The position numbers and the translations under genes were made by a program. DNA of 35,549 nucleotides from a virus (taxonomy: Duplodnaviria > Caudoviricetes), in the IMG/VR virus record IMGVR_UViG_3300048121_001863, positions 1 to 35,549 of that record. One strand, written 5' to 3'. The notes beneath the pieces were generated by a model, which was not told the origin of the DNA, did not search any database, and worked only from the letters and a program-made list of their open reading frames with translations. The first letter of the stretch is position 1; each line of letters starts with the position of its first letter. Below, piece by piece: positions 26,441-35,549 of the stretch.

Positions 26441-28022
26441 CACATACCTAGGCAATCCTAATGTAAAACGAGATGGAATAGTAGCTCAATGGACAAATGA
26501 AGAAGTCCTTGAGTATGCTCGTTGTATGAAGGATCCAGCATATTTTGCTATAACATATTGTAAAATTATTTCCCTTGACGAGGGATTAGTTCCATTTGAG
26601 CTATATCCATATCAAGAGAAAATGTTTAGTGAGTTTAACTCAAATAGATTTAATATCGTATTAGCGTGTCGACAGTCTGGTAAATCCATATCTTCTGTTG
26701 CGTATCTTTTATGGTATGCGCTATTTCATTCAGAAAAAACTATTGCGGTAATGGCGAACAAAGGTGCTACGGCACGTGAGATGCTTGGGCGCATTACGCT
26801 TATGCTAGAAAATTTACCTTTCTTCTTGCAGCCTGGCTGTAAGGCTTTGAATAAGGGTTCAATCGAGTTTTCAAATAATTCGCGTATCGTTGCGGCTGCA
26901 ACATCTGGATCTTCGATTCGAGGTATGTCTGTGTCGTTATTGTATTTAGACGAGTTTGCGTTTGTTGAAAATGATGCTCAGTTTTATACATCGACTTATC
27001 CGGTTGTTTCATCTGGTAAAGATACAAAGATTATTATTACCTCAACCGCAAATGGTATTGGTAATGTATTTCATAAGATATGGGAAGGGGCTTCTCAGGG
27101 CGTAAACGACTTTAAGCCTTTTCGCGTTGATTGGTGGGATGTTCCCGGCAGAGATGAGAAATGGAAAACCCAGACAGTAGCAAATACGTCTCAGCTACAA
27201 TTTGACCAAGAGTTCGGTAATACATTTTTTGGCACCGGTGATACGTTAATTAACGCAGAAACTCTATTAAAGCTTCGAATGAAAAATCCTGTGCGCTTCC
27301 TGGAAGGAGGCGACCTTAAAATATATGAAGAAACACAAAGCGGACATGAGTATATCATGCTAGTAGATGTTTCAAAAGGAAGAGGACAGGATTATTCTAC
27401 ATTTAATTTAATCGACATAAGCTCTAGACCTTTTAAACAGGTGGCCGTATATCGCAATAATACTATCTCTCCATTACTCTTCCCTAATATTATATATAAG
27501 TGGGCTAATTCCTATAATAAAGCATATGTCGTAATTGAATCAAATGATCAAGGTTCTCTTGTGACAAATGGTCTTTATCATGATTTAGAATATGAAAATA
27601 TGCACGTCGAATCTGCAATTAAAGCAAATGCATTAGGCGTAGAGATGACCCGTAAAGTTAAAAGACTTGGATGTTCATCGTTTAAAGATATATTAGAAAA
27701 TAATAAGTTAGACATTGTTGATGACGATACTATATTAGAAATATCTACATTTGTTGCTAAAGGTGTTTCTTATGAAGCTTCTAGCGGCAACCATGACGAT
27801 CTAGTTATGAATTTAGTAATGCTAGGTTATTTTATATCAACGCAGTACTTCTCAGACATGACCGATATTAATTTAAAAGAAATGATGTTCAAAAATAAGA
27901 TGAAAGAAATTGAGGACGATATACCGCCTTTTGGATTTATAGATGACGGTCTAGATGGTATACCATCGGAAGAAGAACGTGAAGGCAGACAGTGGGCTAT
28001 AGAATATTTGCCAGATATTTAA
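26421..28022 (+). CDS. gp17: Terminase large subunit
   Basis: YLGNPN, RQSGKS Walker A, LYLDEFAF Walker B, STANG, VDVSKGRGQDYS, HDDLVM. Confidence 0.97.
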   Translation: MLLQKNDTYLGNPNVKRDGIVAQWTNEEVLEYARCMKDPAYFAITYCKIISLDEGLVPFELYPYQEKMFSEFNSNRFNIVLACRQSGKSISSVAYLLWYALFHSEKTIAVMANKGATAREMLGRITLMLENLPFFLQPGCKALNKGSIEFSNNSRIVAAATSGSSIRGMSVSLLYLDEFAFVENDAQFYTSTYPVVSSGKDTKIIITSTANGIGNVFHKIWEGASQGVNDFKPFRVDWWDVPGRDEKWKTQTVANTSQLQFDQEFGNTFFGTGDTLINAETLLKLRMKNPVRFLEGGDLKIYEETQSGHEYIMLVDVSKGRGQDYSTFNLIDISSRPFKQVAVYRNNTISPLLFPNIIYKWANSYNKAYVVIESNDQGSLVTNGLYHDLEYENMHVESAIKANALGVEMTRKVKRLGCSSFKDILENNKLDIVDDDTILEISTFVAKGVSYEASSGNHDDLVMNLVMLGYFISTQYFSDMTDINLKEMMFKNKMKEIEDDIPPFGFIDDGLDGIPSEEEREGRQWAIEYLPDI

Positions 28023-28026
28023 ATAT

Positions 28027-28034
28027 TATAAATA
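28027..28034 (+). promoter_or_regulatory. T4-type late promoter
   Basis: Exact TATAAATA right after the gp17 stop, upstream of gp18. Confidence 0.85.
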
Positions 28035-28099
28035 ACAGTAATTGACAAACTTCGTATTATGGACCCGCATATAATTTAAATTTTCGAGAGGAAAAAATC

Positions 28100-29836
28100 A
28101 TGGCATTTTCAGAATCTCCGGCAATTACGGTAAGAGAGGTCGACGCATCTGGTGTAGTGCCAGCGGTTTCTTCTTCTACTGGCGCACTTGTTGGTAATTT
28201 CAGATGGGGCCCTGTGGATCAAGCAACGCTCATTTCAAATGAAGCCGAACTAGCTGATACATTTGGCACGCCTACATCTGCAAATGCTGTTGACTATCAT
28301 TCAGCAGCGTACTTCTTAAAGTACACAAATGCTCTTCAAGTAGTTCGTGTATTAGGCGATAGCGATGGCTTTAACGCTTATGCTCACACTGAAGCAGCAA
28401 ACGGTTTAAACGTTAGAATCAAAGACAATGATGACTGGGATAATGCTCTAGCTTCATTTGATTCCGACCAACATACTTTTATAGCTAAATGGCCAGGCGA
28501 ACTAGGCAACAGCTTGAGAGTATCCCTTTGTCCACAACAAGGAGCTGACTCAGCTTATAACAACTGGACATATAAAGATAACTTCGATGCAGCGCCAGGA
28601 ACTTCCGGTTATGCTGAAGGAGTAACAGCTACTAACGATGAAGTGCACGTTGCAATCGTTGATAACGGTGGTAAGTTTAGTGGAACAAAAGGAACTATCT
28701 TAGAAACGTTCCCATTTGTATCATTAGCATCAAACGCTAAAACTTCAGACGGATCTACAAACTTTGTAAGAGACGTAATTAACAGAAAATCAGAATATAT
28801 TTGGATGGCCGGATTTGATTCTGATTATACAGCAGCAAACGCAGGTGTTGATGCCGATACTGGTAAAGATTACCAGCTTTCAGCTCCAGTACTAGCTGCT
28901 AAAAACTACGACCTAGATTCAGGCGATGAGTCAACAAACATGGACGTAGGAGATTATATTGCAGGCTTTGATAATTTTGAAGACAAAGATAATATCCAAG
29001 TGGATCTTATGATTGCTCCTCAGATGAATTCTAGAACTGATACAACTACGATCGTTAATGATCTTGTAAGTATTGCTCAAGGTCAACGTAAAGACTGCGT
29101 AGTTGTTGCTTCACCTGCAAGAAGCGATATTGTAGGCGTTAACGCAACAGCAGCTAATACTAACGCTGTTACAACCGCTGCAACTTTCACGTCGTCTTCC
29201 TACTTGGTAGTTGATAATAACTTCCTTAAAGTGTACGATAAATATAACGATGAGTTTATCTTTCTTCCGGCAAACTCTTCAACCGCAGGTATCATGGCCG
29301 CAACCGATGTAACGGCTGCAACATGGTTCTCACCAGCTGGTCCACGTCGTGGTCAATATCTCGGTGTAACAGGACTTGCATACTCTCCTAACAAAGCTCA
29401 GAGAGATGTGCTATATCGTAACGGTGTAAATCCGATTGCGAATATTCCTGGCCAAGGGTTGTTGCTATTTGGCGATAAAACAAAACTTGCAAGACCTTCA
29501 GCATTCGATCGTATTAACGTACGTCGTTTGTTCTTGACTATCGAAAGAGCAATTGCAATTGCAGCTAGAAACGTAATGTTCGAATTCAACGATGAATTTA
29601 CAAGAGCAGAATTCGTTGGTGTTGTAGAGCCATTCTTGAGAGACATCAAGGGTCGTCGTGGTATAACAGACTTCCGAGTGGTTTGTGACGAAACAAACAA
29701 CACGGGTGCAGTTATAGATAGAAATGAATTTGTTGCTACGGTCCTCGTTAAACCCGCACGTTCAATTAACTTTGTTACTCTTAACTTTGTTGCTGTACGT
29801 ACTGGTGTTGATTTCGCAGAAATCGCAGGGGTGTAA
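28100..29836 (+). CDS. gp18: Tail sheath protein
   Basis: SPAITVREVD, FRWGP, WFSPAG.RRG, FGDKT, FDRINVRRLF, FEFNDEFTR, KPARSINF. Confidence 0.97.
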   Translation: MAFSESPAITVREVDASGVVPAVSSSTGALVGNFRWGPVDQATLISNEAELADTFGTPTSANAVDYHSAAYFLKYTNALQVVRVLGDSDGFNAYAHTEAANGLNVRIKDNDDWDNALASFDSDQHTFIAKWPGELGNSLRVSLCPQQGADSAYNNWTYKDNFDAAPGTSGYAEGVTATNDEVHVAIVDNGGKFSGTKGTILETFPFVSLASNAKTSDGSTNFVRDVINRKSEYIWMAGFDSDYTAANAGVDADTGKDYQLSAPVLAAKNYDLDSGDESTNMDVGDYIAGFDNFEDKDNIQVDLMIAPQMNSRTDTTTIVNDLVSIAQGQRKDCVVVASPARSDIVGVNATAANTNAVTTAATFTSSSYLVVDNNFLKVYDKYNDEFIFLPANSSTAGIMAATDVTAATWFSPAGPRRGQYLGVTGLAYSPNKAQRDVLYRNGVNPIANIPGQGLLLFGDKTKLARPSAFDRINVRRLFLTIERAIAIAARNVMFEFNDEFTRAEFVGVVEPFLRDIKGRRGITDFRVVCDETNNTGAVIDRNEFVATVLVKPARSINFVTLNFVAVRTGVDFAEIAGV

Positions 29837-29847
29837 GGAGGTAAAAA

Positions 29848-30375
29848 ATGGCTATTTTAGGTGTAGACGATTTTAAAGCAAAACTAGCTGGTGGCGGTGC
29901 CCGCCCCAACTTATTTAAGGTAACATTAGGATTTCCAGCATATGCTGAGGGTGATGTTGAGTTAACATCGTTCATGTGTAGAACAGGACAACTTCCTGGT
30001 TCAACCATACCAGCAATGCCGGTTGCATTCCGTGGTCGTCAGTTGCAAATGGCTGGTGACCGTGTTTTCGAACCATGGACAACTACTATCATTAATGATA
30101 CAAACTTCACGATTCGAAACTCAATGGAACGCTGGATGAATGGGATTAACGCTCATTCGCTTAACACTGGTTTAAGAAACCCTACAGAATATCAAGCAGA
30201 TCTACAAGTTGATCAGCTAGATAAAGACGAAACGGTTCTTAAAACGTATAAATTTGTTGCTGCCTTCCCGACAGCAATTTCTCCAATCGATCTTGCATAC
30301 GACGCGAATGATCAGATTGAAGAATTCCAAGTAGAATTTACGTACCAGTACTGGACATCCAATACTACCACATAA
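29848..30375 (+). CDS. gp19: Tail tube protein
   Basis: GGARPNLF, FRGR...AGDRVFEPW, QLD, IEEF.V.F.YQYW. Confidence 0.96.
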   Translation: MAILGVDDFKAKLAGGGARPNLFKVTLGFPAYAEGDVELTSFMCRTGQLPGSTIPAMPVAFRGRQLQMAGDRVFEPWTTTIINDTNFTIRNSMERWMNGINAHSLNTGLRNPTEYQADLQVDQLDKDETVLKTYKFVAAFPTAISPIDLAYDANDQIEEFQVEFTYQYWTSNTTT

Positions 30376-30388
30376 TTGAAAATTAGAA

Positions 30389-30410
30389 GGAGGGGCATCA
30401 TTGCCCCTCC
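30389..30410 (+). terminator. Stem-loop / probable terminator after gp19
   Basis: GGAGGGGCA-TCAT-TGCCCCTCC, 9-bp stem with a weak U-tail (GTATTCTATT). Confidence 0.7.
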
Positions 30411-30430
30411 GTATTCTATTAGGATAAACT

Positions 30431-31939
30431 ATGGCCGATAATAACGCATTAAAAATATTTGGCTTCGAAATTCGAAGAGCAAATAAAAAAGAAGAAGACA
30501 AGAAGCTACAGTCTATTGTACCTCGTCAAGACGACGATGGTGCTGGATATGTTACTGCTTCTGGTTCTCATTATGGTCAGTATATTAATATTGATGGAGA
30601 TGATTCCAAAGACAATCATCAAATGATTATGAAATACCGTGGTGTATCAACTCATCCAGAAGTTGATGCCGCAATCGAAGATATTATTAACGAATCTATT
30701 TCAGCGTCAGAGAACGAACAAGCAGTTAAAGTTACGCTTGATAAGGTTGAAGTATCAGATCAGATTAAAAAAGGAATTACCGAAGAGTTCGACAATATTA
30801 TTTCTATGTTGGACTTTGCCAATAACGGCCACGATATGTTTAAGCGTTGGTACATTGATGGCAGATTATATCATCACCTTGTTGTAAATGAATCTAATAT
30901 TAAAGCAGGTATTCAGGAAATCCGTCCTATCGATTCTGCGAAGGTTCGTAAAGTTAAACAAGTAAAGAAAAAGAAAGATCCCGTCACTGGAGCTATGATA
31001 GTAGAAAGTGTTGATGAATATTACATTTATCAGGAAAAACCTGGAAGTCAAACATCAGGGGTAAAACTATCTAATGACTCAGTGAGTTATGTTACATCTG
31101 GACTTCTGTCAGCTGACAGAAAGAAAGTCGTATCGCATTTACATAAAGCACTGAAGCCAATCAATCAGCTTCGAATGATGGAAGACTCACTGGTCATCTA
31201 CCGGCTTGCACGGGCGCCTGAGAGGCGAATATTCTATATTGACGTGGGTAACTTACCACGTGGTAAATCAGAACAATATATGAAAGACATTATGGCTCGT
31301 TACCGTAATAAGCTTGTATATGATGCAGACACAGGACAAATACGAGATGATCGCAAACATATGTCAATGCTTGAGGATTTTTGGTTGCCGCGGCGCGAAG
31401 GCGGTAGAGGCACTGAGATATCTACCTTACCAGGAGGTGAAAACCTCGGGCAGATTGATGACATCGTATACTTCCAAAAACGTCTTTACAGATCGCTTAA
31501 CGTTCCTATAGCTAGACTTGAACAAGAACAGCAATTTAGCCTAGGTAGATCTACAGAGATAAGTAGAGATGAATTAAAATTTCAGAAGTTTATTGATAGA
31601 CTTCGTAGACGTTTCTCAATGTTATTCTTAGAGATTCTAAAGAAACAACTTGTGATGAAAGGTTTAATTACTGAAGAAGATTGGAGTGAGTGGAAAAATG
31701 ATCTAGTCATTGATTACACTAGAGACAATCATTTTACAGAGTTAAAAGATGCTGAACTACTAAGAGAAAGATTGCAAACTTTAGATCAAGTAAGCCAATA
31801 CGTTGGAGATTACTTCTCAAAAGAGTGGGTAATGAAAAACGTATTACAATTTGATGACGACGATATTAAACAAGTTTCACAGCAATCTGATGAAGAACAA
31901 CCTACAGACAATCAACAAAATATTCCGGATGAAGAATAG
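30431..31939 (+). CDS. gp20: Portal protein
   Basis: WYIDGR, LHKA.KP.NQLRMMED, RAPERRIFYIDVGNLP, EDFWLPRREGGRGTEI.TLPGG. Confidence 0.97.
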   Translation: MADNNALKIFGFEIRRANKKEEDKKLQSIVPRQDDDGAGYVTASGSHYGQYINIDGDDSKDNHQMIMKYRGVSTHPEVDAAIEDIINESISASENEQAVKVTLDKVEVSDQIKKGITEEFDNIISMLDFANNGHDMFKRWYIDGRLYHHLVVNESNIKAGIQEIRPIDSAKVRKVKQVKKKKDPVTGAMIVESVDEYYIYQEKPGSQTSGVKLSNDSVSYVTSGLLSADRKKVVSHLHKALKPINQLRMMEDSLVIYRLARAPERRIFYIDVGNLPRGKSEQYMKDIMARYRNKLVYDADTGQIRDDRKHMSMLEDFWLPRREGGRGTEISTLPGGENLGQIDDIVYFQKRLYRSLNVPIARLEQEQQFSLGRSTEISRDELKFQKFIDRLRRRFSMLFLEILKKQLVMKGLITEEDWSEWKNDLVIDYTRDNHFTELKDAELLRERLQTLDQVSQYVGDYFSKEWVMKNVLQFDDDDIKQVSQQSDEEQPTDNQQNIPDEE

Positions 31940-31945
31940 TTTTAT

Positions 31946-31953
31946 TATAAATA
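31946..31953 (+). promoter_or_regulatory. T4-type late promoter
   Basis: Exact TATAAATA after the gp20 stop. Confidence 0.85.
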
Positions 31954-31971
31954 ATAGGAAATGGAGTTATT

Positions 31972-32241
31972 ATGGAAAACATTGAGCAATTGATACAGCA
32001 AGCTGCAGATAAAGACTACAGCGCGGCTAATACTACATTTGTAGATATTATGAATCAAAAAATGAGCGACACTTTAGAACAAGAAAAAATTAAAGTATCT
32101 GCTGAAATATATAATGGAATGGAAGAAGATGAAGAACAGTTAGAATTAGATTTTGAAGACGATGAGTCTGAAGAGGATGACGTAGATGTTGACGACGACG
32201 ATGATACAGACGACTCCGATGAAGACACTGAAGAATCTTAG
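31972..32241 (+). CDS. Small acidic prohead core protein (gp67 position)
   Basis: GGAG RBS, very acidic C-terminus, located between portal and protease. Confidence 0.7.
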   Translation: MENIEQLIQQAADKDYSAANTTFVDIMNQKMSDTLEQEKIKVSAEIYNGMEEDEEQLELDFEDDESEEDDVDVDDDDDTDDSDEDTEES

Positions 32242-32419
32242 AGAAGCAGTTACAAAAGAACGTACAGTATATAAACGAAAATATATGGGGTTTAAACTAG
32301 AAATCATACAGAGGTATGAAAAGTTTGAAGCATATGTTGACGGTGAGAAATTAGACACTTATGACACGAAAGCACATGCGCAAAAGATGCTCATGCAATT
32401 CGTTAGGGAAGTAGATTAA
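32219..32419 (+). CDS. Small basic protein (gp68 position)
   Basis: Likely start MKTLKNLRE at 32219; its stop overlaps the gp21 ATG (TAATG). Confidence 0.6.
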   Translation: MKTLKNLREAVTKERTVYKRKYMGFKLEIIQRYEKFEAYVDGEKLDTYDTKAHAQKMLMQFVREVD

Positions 32420-33081
32420 TGAAGCTTATTGCTGAATATACAGAACAAAATATTAACTGCTTGGTAGAAGCCAAGGAGGACGGTAGTAAGAATTATACTA
32501 TCGAAGGCGTATTCGCACAAGCTGAACAAAAGAATAGAAATGGACGTATATATCCGCGGAACATTATGGAAGCTGCGGTAAAGAAATACGCCAAAGAACA
32601 AGTTGCAACTAAACGGGCTGTCGGTGAATTAAATCACCCTGACGGACCTACTGTTAACTTGGACAAAGTTTCCCATCTCATTACAGACCTTAGATTTGAG
32701 GACAACAATGTGATGGGCAAGGCAACTATATTGGACACTCCAATGGGGCAAATCGTTAAAGGTTTACTTGAAGGTGGTGTGCAACTAGGTGTCTCAACTC
32801 GTGGTATGGGTAGCCTTGAGAAACGTGGCGAAGCCATGTATGTCAAAGATGACTTTATGCTTAATACGATTGACATCGTACAAGATCCATCAGCTCCCGG
32901 AGCTTTTGTTAATGGAATTATGGAAGGCGTTGACTGGATCTGGAATAATGGCATCATTGAAGCTCAAGAAATTGAAAAAATGGAGACTGAAATTAAGAAG
33001 GCTCCACGCGCTGATCTCTATGAGACTCAGACTCGTGAGTTTAAGAATTTCCTCTCGTTACTGAAACAAGATACATATTAG
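32419..33081 (+). CDS. gp21: Prohead protease
   Basis: NRNGRIYP, GELNHP, VSH, TPMG, GVSTRGMGS, DIVQDPSAPGAFV. Confidence 0.96.
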   Translation: MKLIAEYTEQNINCLVEAKEDGSKNYTIEGVFAQAEQKNRNGRIYPRNIMEAAVKKYAKEQVATKRAVGELNHPDGPTVNLDKVSHLITDLRFEDNNVMGKATILDTPMGQIVKGLLEGGVQLGVSTRGMGSLEKRGEAMYVKDDFMLNTIDIVQDPSAPGAFVNGIMEGVDWIWNNGIIEAQEIEKMETEIKKAPRADLYETQTREFKNFLSLLKQDTY

Positions 33082-33091
33082 GAGGTCAAAC

Positions 33092-34147
33092 ATGACTGAT
33101 CAAGTAGTAGACCAGGAAGTTGAGCTCGAGGACGAGATCGAAATCGAAGAAGCTCACGATCCTAAAAATGCAGAGGCGCAATCCGTTGCTTCTGTAAAGG
33201 GTGCTGAAGGAAAAGGAAAGACTGCTAAAGAGCCAGGTGGCAAAGGCGGTCCGAAAGATCCAATGCAAAAGTTGCCAGGAACTAAAGCTGGTATGATTAG
33301 TGCAATGTACAACCATGCAAGTAAAATGAAAAAAGAAGAACTTGCAGGGATGTTCCGTAAAGTTATGGGAGAAACTGTGTTAGAAGAAGTAGAAGCTGAT
33401 GATCAACCAATCGTTGAGTATCAAGCTGATTTTTCTTCAGATCTAGACGCATTAATCGAGTCTGAAGCTACTCTTTCCGAAGAGTTTAAAGCTAAAACAG
33501 CCGTAATTTTTGAAGCAGCTATTAAATCTAAATTGGCCGAAGAAATCGACCGTTTAGAGGAAAACTACGCAACTGAACTCGAAGAAGAAGTATCAGCTAC
33601 TAAAGCAGATATGGTCGAGAAAGTTGACAGCTACCTCAACTATGTTGTTGAGAATTGGATGGAAGAAAATAAACTTGCTGTACAATCAGGTCTGCGTACC
33701 GAGATTGCTGAGAAGTTTATGACCTCATTGAAAGATCTGTTTACAGAATCTTACATTGAAGTTCCAGAATCTAAAGTCGACCTAGTTGACGAATTAGCCG
33801 CAGAAGTTGAAGATCTTGAAGAAGCTCTGAATACTTCTATGGCAAAAGCCATCGAAGTTTCTGAAGAACTAGAGAACATGAAGCGTAGCGAAGTAATTCG
33901 TGAAGCATCTAAAGACCTAGCAGAAACACAAGTTGAAAAACTTGCTAAGTTGGTCGGAGATATTACCTTTGAAGATGAAGATACTTTTGCAGAAAAAGTA
34001 AAAACAGTCAAAGAATCATATTTCAAGAAAGAATCCGTTGAGTCAGTAATTGACGACTCAGTTGAAGATGACGATGGTAACCTCGTCGAAGCAACTGGAA
34101 CAATGGCACAATACCTCACTGCGATCCGCAAGTCGGCGCAACAATAA
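33092..34147 (+). CDS. gp22: Prohead scaffolding/core protein
   Basis: LSEEFKAK...IFEAA, VDSYLNYVVENWM.EN; acidic coiled coil. Confidence 0.93.
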   Translation: MTDQVVDQEVELEDEIEIEEAHDPKNAEAQSVASVKGAEGKGKTAKEPGGKGGPKDPMQKLPGTKAGMISAMYNHASKMKKEELAGMFRKVMGETVLEEVEADDQPIVEYQADFSSDLDALIESEATLSEEFKAKTAVIFEAAIKSKLAEEIDRLEENYATELEEEVSATKADMVEKVDSYLNYVVENWMEENKLAVQSGLRTEIAEKFMTSLKDLFTESYIEVPESKVDLVDELAAEVEDLEEALNTSMAKAIEVSEELENMKRSEVIREASKDLAETQVEKLAKLVGDITFEDEDTFAEKVKTVKESYFKKESVESVIDDSVEDDDGNLVEATGTMAQYLTAIRKSAQQ

Positions 34148-34165
34148 ATTTGGGAGTCCAAACAA

Positions 34166-35503
34166 ATGCAATCTTATGACAAACTAGTCGAAAAGTGGGC
34201 ACCAGTACTTAATGAAGAATCTGCCGGTACTATTAAAGATGCTCACAGGAAATCAGTTACAGCTGCTATCCTAGAAAACCAAGAGACAGCTCTACGTGAA
34301 GAGCGTGCTCAAAACCAAGGCTTTATCACAGAAGCTGCTCCAGCCGGTGCTAACACTGGTTCAATCGGAACATGGGATCCAGTATTGATCTCATTGGTAC
34401 GTCGTTCCATGCCAAATCTTATGGCATATGACGTTGCTGGCGTTCAGCCTATGTCCGGTCCAACTGGTCTCATCTTTGCGATGAAATCACGTTACGACGG
34501 TGGTGCAACTAACCAAGCTGAAGCTCTGTTCGGTGAAGCCAACATGCGTCATGCAGGTACAAAAACTGCTGCGGCTGCTGGTGCAGACGGTTCAGGCCTT
34601 GACGTAACAAATACTGGTGGCGGTGCTGCTGCTCTTACGATTGATTCTGATCGTTTGACCAACCTTGCCAACATTGGTATGACTACAGACTCTGCTGAAG
34701 CTCTTGGCGATGCTGCTAACAATGCTTTCGAACAAATGGGTTTCACCATTGAGAAAGCAACTGTGACAGCGAAATCACGTGCACTCAAAGCAGAATATAC
34801 TCTGGAACTAGCACAAGACTTGAAAGCGATTCACGGTCTTGACGCTGAAACAGAGTTGGCCAACATTCTTTCAACTGAAATCTTGGCTGAAATCAACCGC
34901 GAAGTAATTCGTACAATCAACTCACAAGCCAAAACTGGTGCCCTTCAAGCTTCCACAGCTGTTAACGGTATCTTTAACATGGCATCTGATGCAGATGGCC
35001 GTTGGTCTGTTGAGAAATTCAAAGGCCTGATCGTTCAAATCGAACGTGAAGCAAACGTAATTGCAAAAGAAACACGTAGAGGAAAAGGTAACTTTATTAT
35101 CTGTTCTTCAGACGTAGCTTCTGCTTTGGCTGCTTCAGGCATGTTGGATTATACTCCAGCTCTCTCCACTAACTTGAACGTAGATGACACAGGCAACACG
35201 TTTGCTGGTGTTCTTAACGGTCGCACAAGAGTCTATATTGACCCATATGCAACTGTTGACTATGTGACTGTTGGTTATAAGGGTACAAACCCATATGACG
35301 CTGGTCTCTTCTATTGTCCATACGTACCACTCACAATGGTTCGTGCGGTTGGTGAAGATAACTTCCAGCCAAAAATTGGTTTCAAAACTCGCTACGGCAT
35401 GGCTTCAAACCCATTCGTCGGTGCAACACCTGCAAATGGTCTTGCTGCTGCGAAATCAAACCAGTACTACAGAATTTTCCGAGTCGACAACATTATGGCT
35501 TAA
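34166..35503 (+). CDS. gp23: Major capsid protein
   Basis: KWAPVL, LVRRSMPNL.AYD..GVQPM.GPTGLIFA, SRALKAEYTLELAQDLKAIHGLDAE, YCPYVPL, FQPKIGFKTRYG. Confidence 0.98.
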   Translation: MQSYDKLVEKWAPVLNEESAGTIKDAHRKSVTAAILENQETALREERAQNQGFITEAAPAGANTGSIGTWDPVLISLVRRSMPNLMAYDVAGVQPMSGPTGLIFAMKSRYDGGATNQAEALFGEANMRHAGTKTAAAAGADGSGLDVTNTGGGAAALTIDSDRLTNLANIGMTTDSAEALGDAANNAFEQMGFTIEKATVTAKSRALKAEYTLELAQDLKAIHGLDAETELANILSTEILAEINREVIRTINSQAKTGALQASTAVNGIFNMASDADGRWSVEKFKGLIVQIEREANVIAKETRRGKGNFIICSSDVASALAASGMLDYTPALSTNLNVDDTGNTFAGVLNGRTRVYIDPYATVDYVTVGYKGTNPYDAGLFYCPYVPLTMVRAVGEDNFQPKIGFKTRYGMASNPFVGATPANGLAAAKSNQYYRIFRVDNIMA

Positions 35504-35524
35504 GCCTAAAGGAAAATATGAACT

Positions 35525-35549
35525 AAAGGGGTCGCTTTGCGGCCCCTTT
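35525..35549 (+). terminator. Rho-independent terminator after gp23 (runs to the window edge)
   Basis: AAAGGGGTCGC-TTT-GCGGCCCCTTT. Confidence 0.8.

Noticed and set aside
28042-28075. TTGACA...TATAAT upstream of gp18 as a sigma70 promoter
   Set aside because: The spacer is 22 nt, too long, and the adjacent TATAAATA explains expression.
32110-32241. GAY/GAR-rich low-complexity tract as a DNA repeat element
   Set aside because: It simply encodes the acidic tail of the gp67-like core protein.
1-35549. CRISPR arrays, tRNAs, introns, inteins or homing endonucleases
   Set aside because: I saw no regularly spaced repeats or cloverleaf-sized intergenic gaps with tRNA motifs, and gp17, gp20 and gp23 are uninterrupted and of normal length.

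Overview
35.5 kb segment of a large T4-like (contractile-tailed) phage, probably marine. An alphaproteobacterial host is a weak inference from the hemO-pcyX cassette and a leaderless sigma70 promoter. The right third is the canonical T4 morphogenesis run gp13-14-15-16-17-18-19-20-(67)-(68)-21-22-23 with TATAAATA late promoters. The left third encodes repeat-rich fibre/virion proteins and six Cys/Gly-rich paralogues arranged as an ABC-ABC double triplet, followed by a tail-assembly-chaperone-like gene. The middle holds a sugar-modification island: a GT9/heptosyltransferase-like enzyme, a full and a half NodU/CmcH carbamoyltransferase, a 2OG-Fe(II) oxygenase and a split NDP-heptose pathway (hldC, cupin, hldA, hldD, gmhB). 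That pathway is interrupted by an oppositely oriented, late-promoter-driven heme oxygenase + PcyX-like bilin reductase. The most striking unexplained signal is a strong, directional excess of the dipeptide Asp-Ser in predicted virion proteins (26 DS vs 4 SD in the 746-aa ORF; none in terminase, tail tube or prohead protease). Together with the adjacent enzymes this suggests an undescribed phage-encoded virion O-heptosylation (possibly carbamoyl-heptose) system. All counts are manual and no database searches were run.
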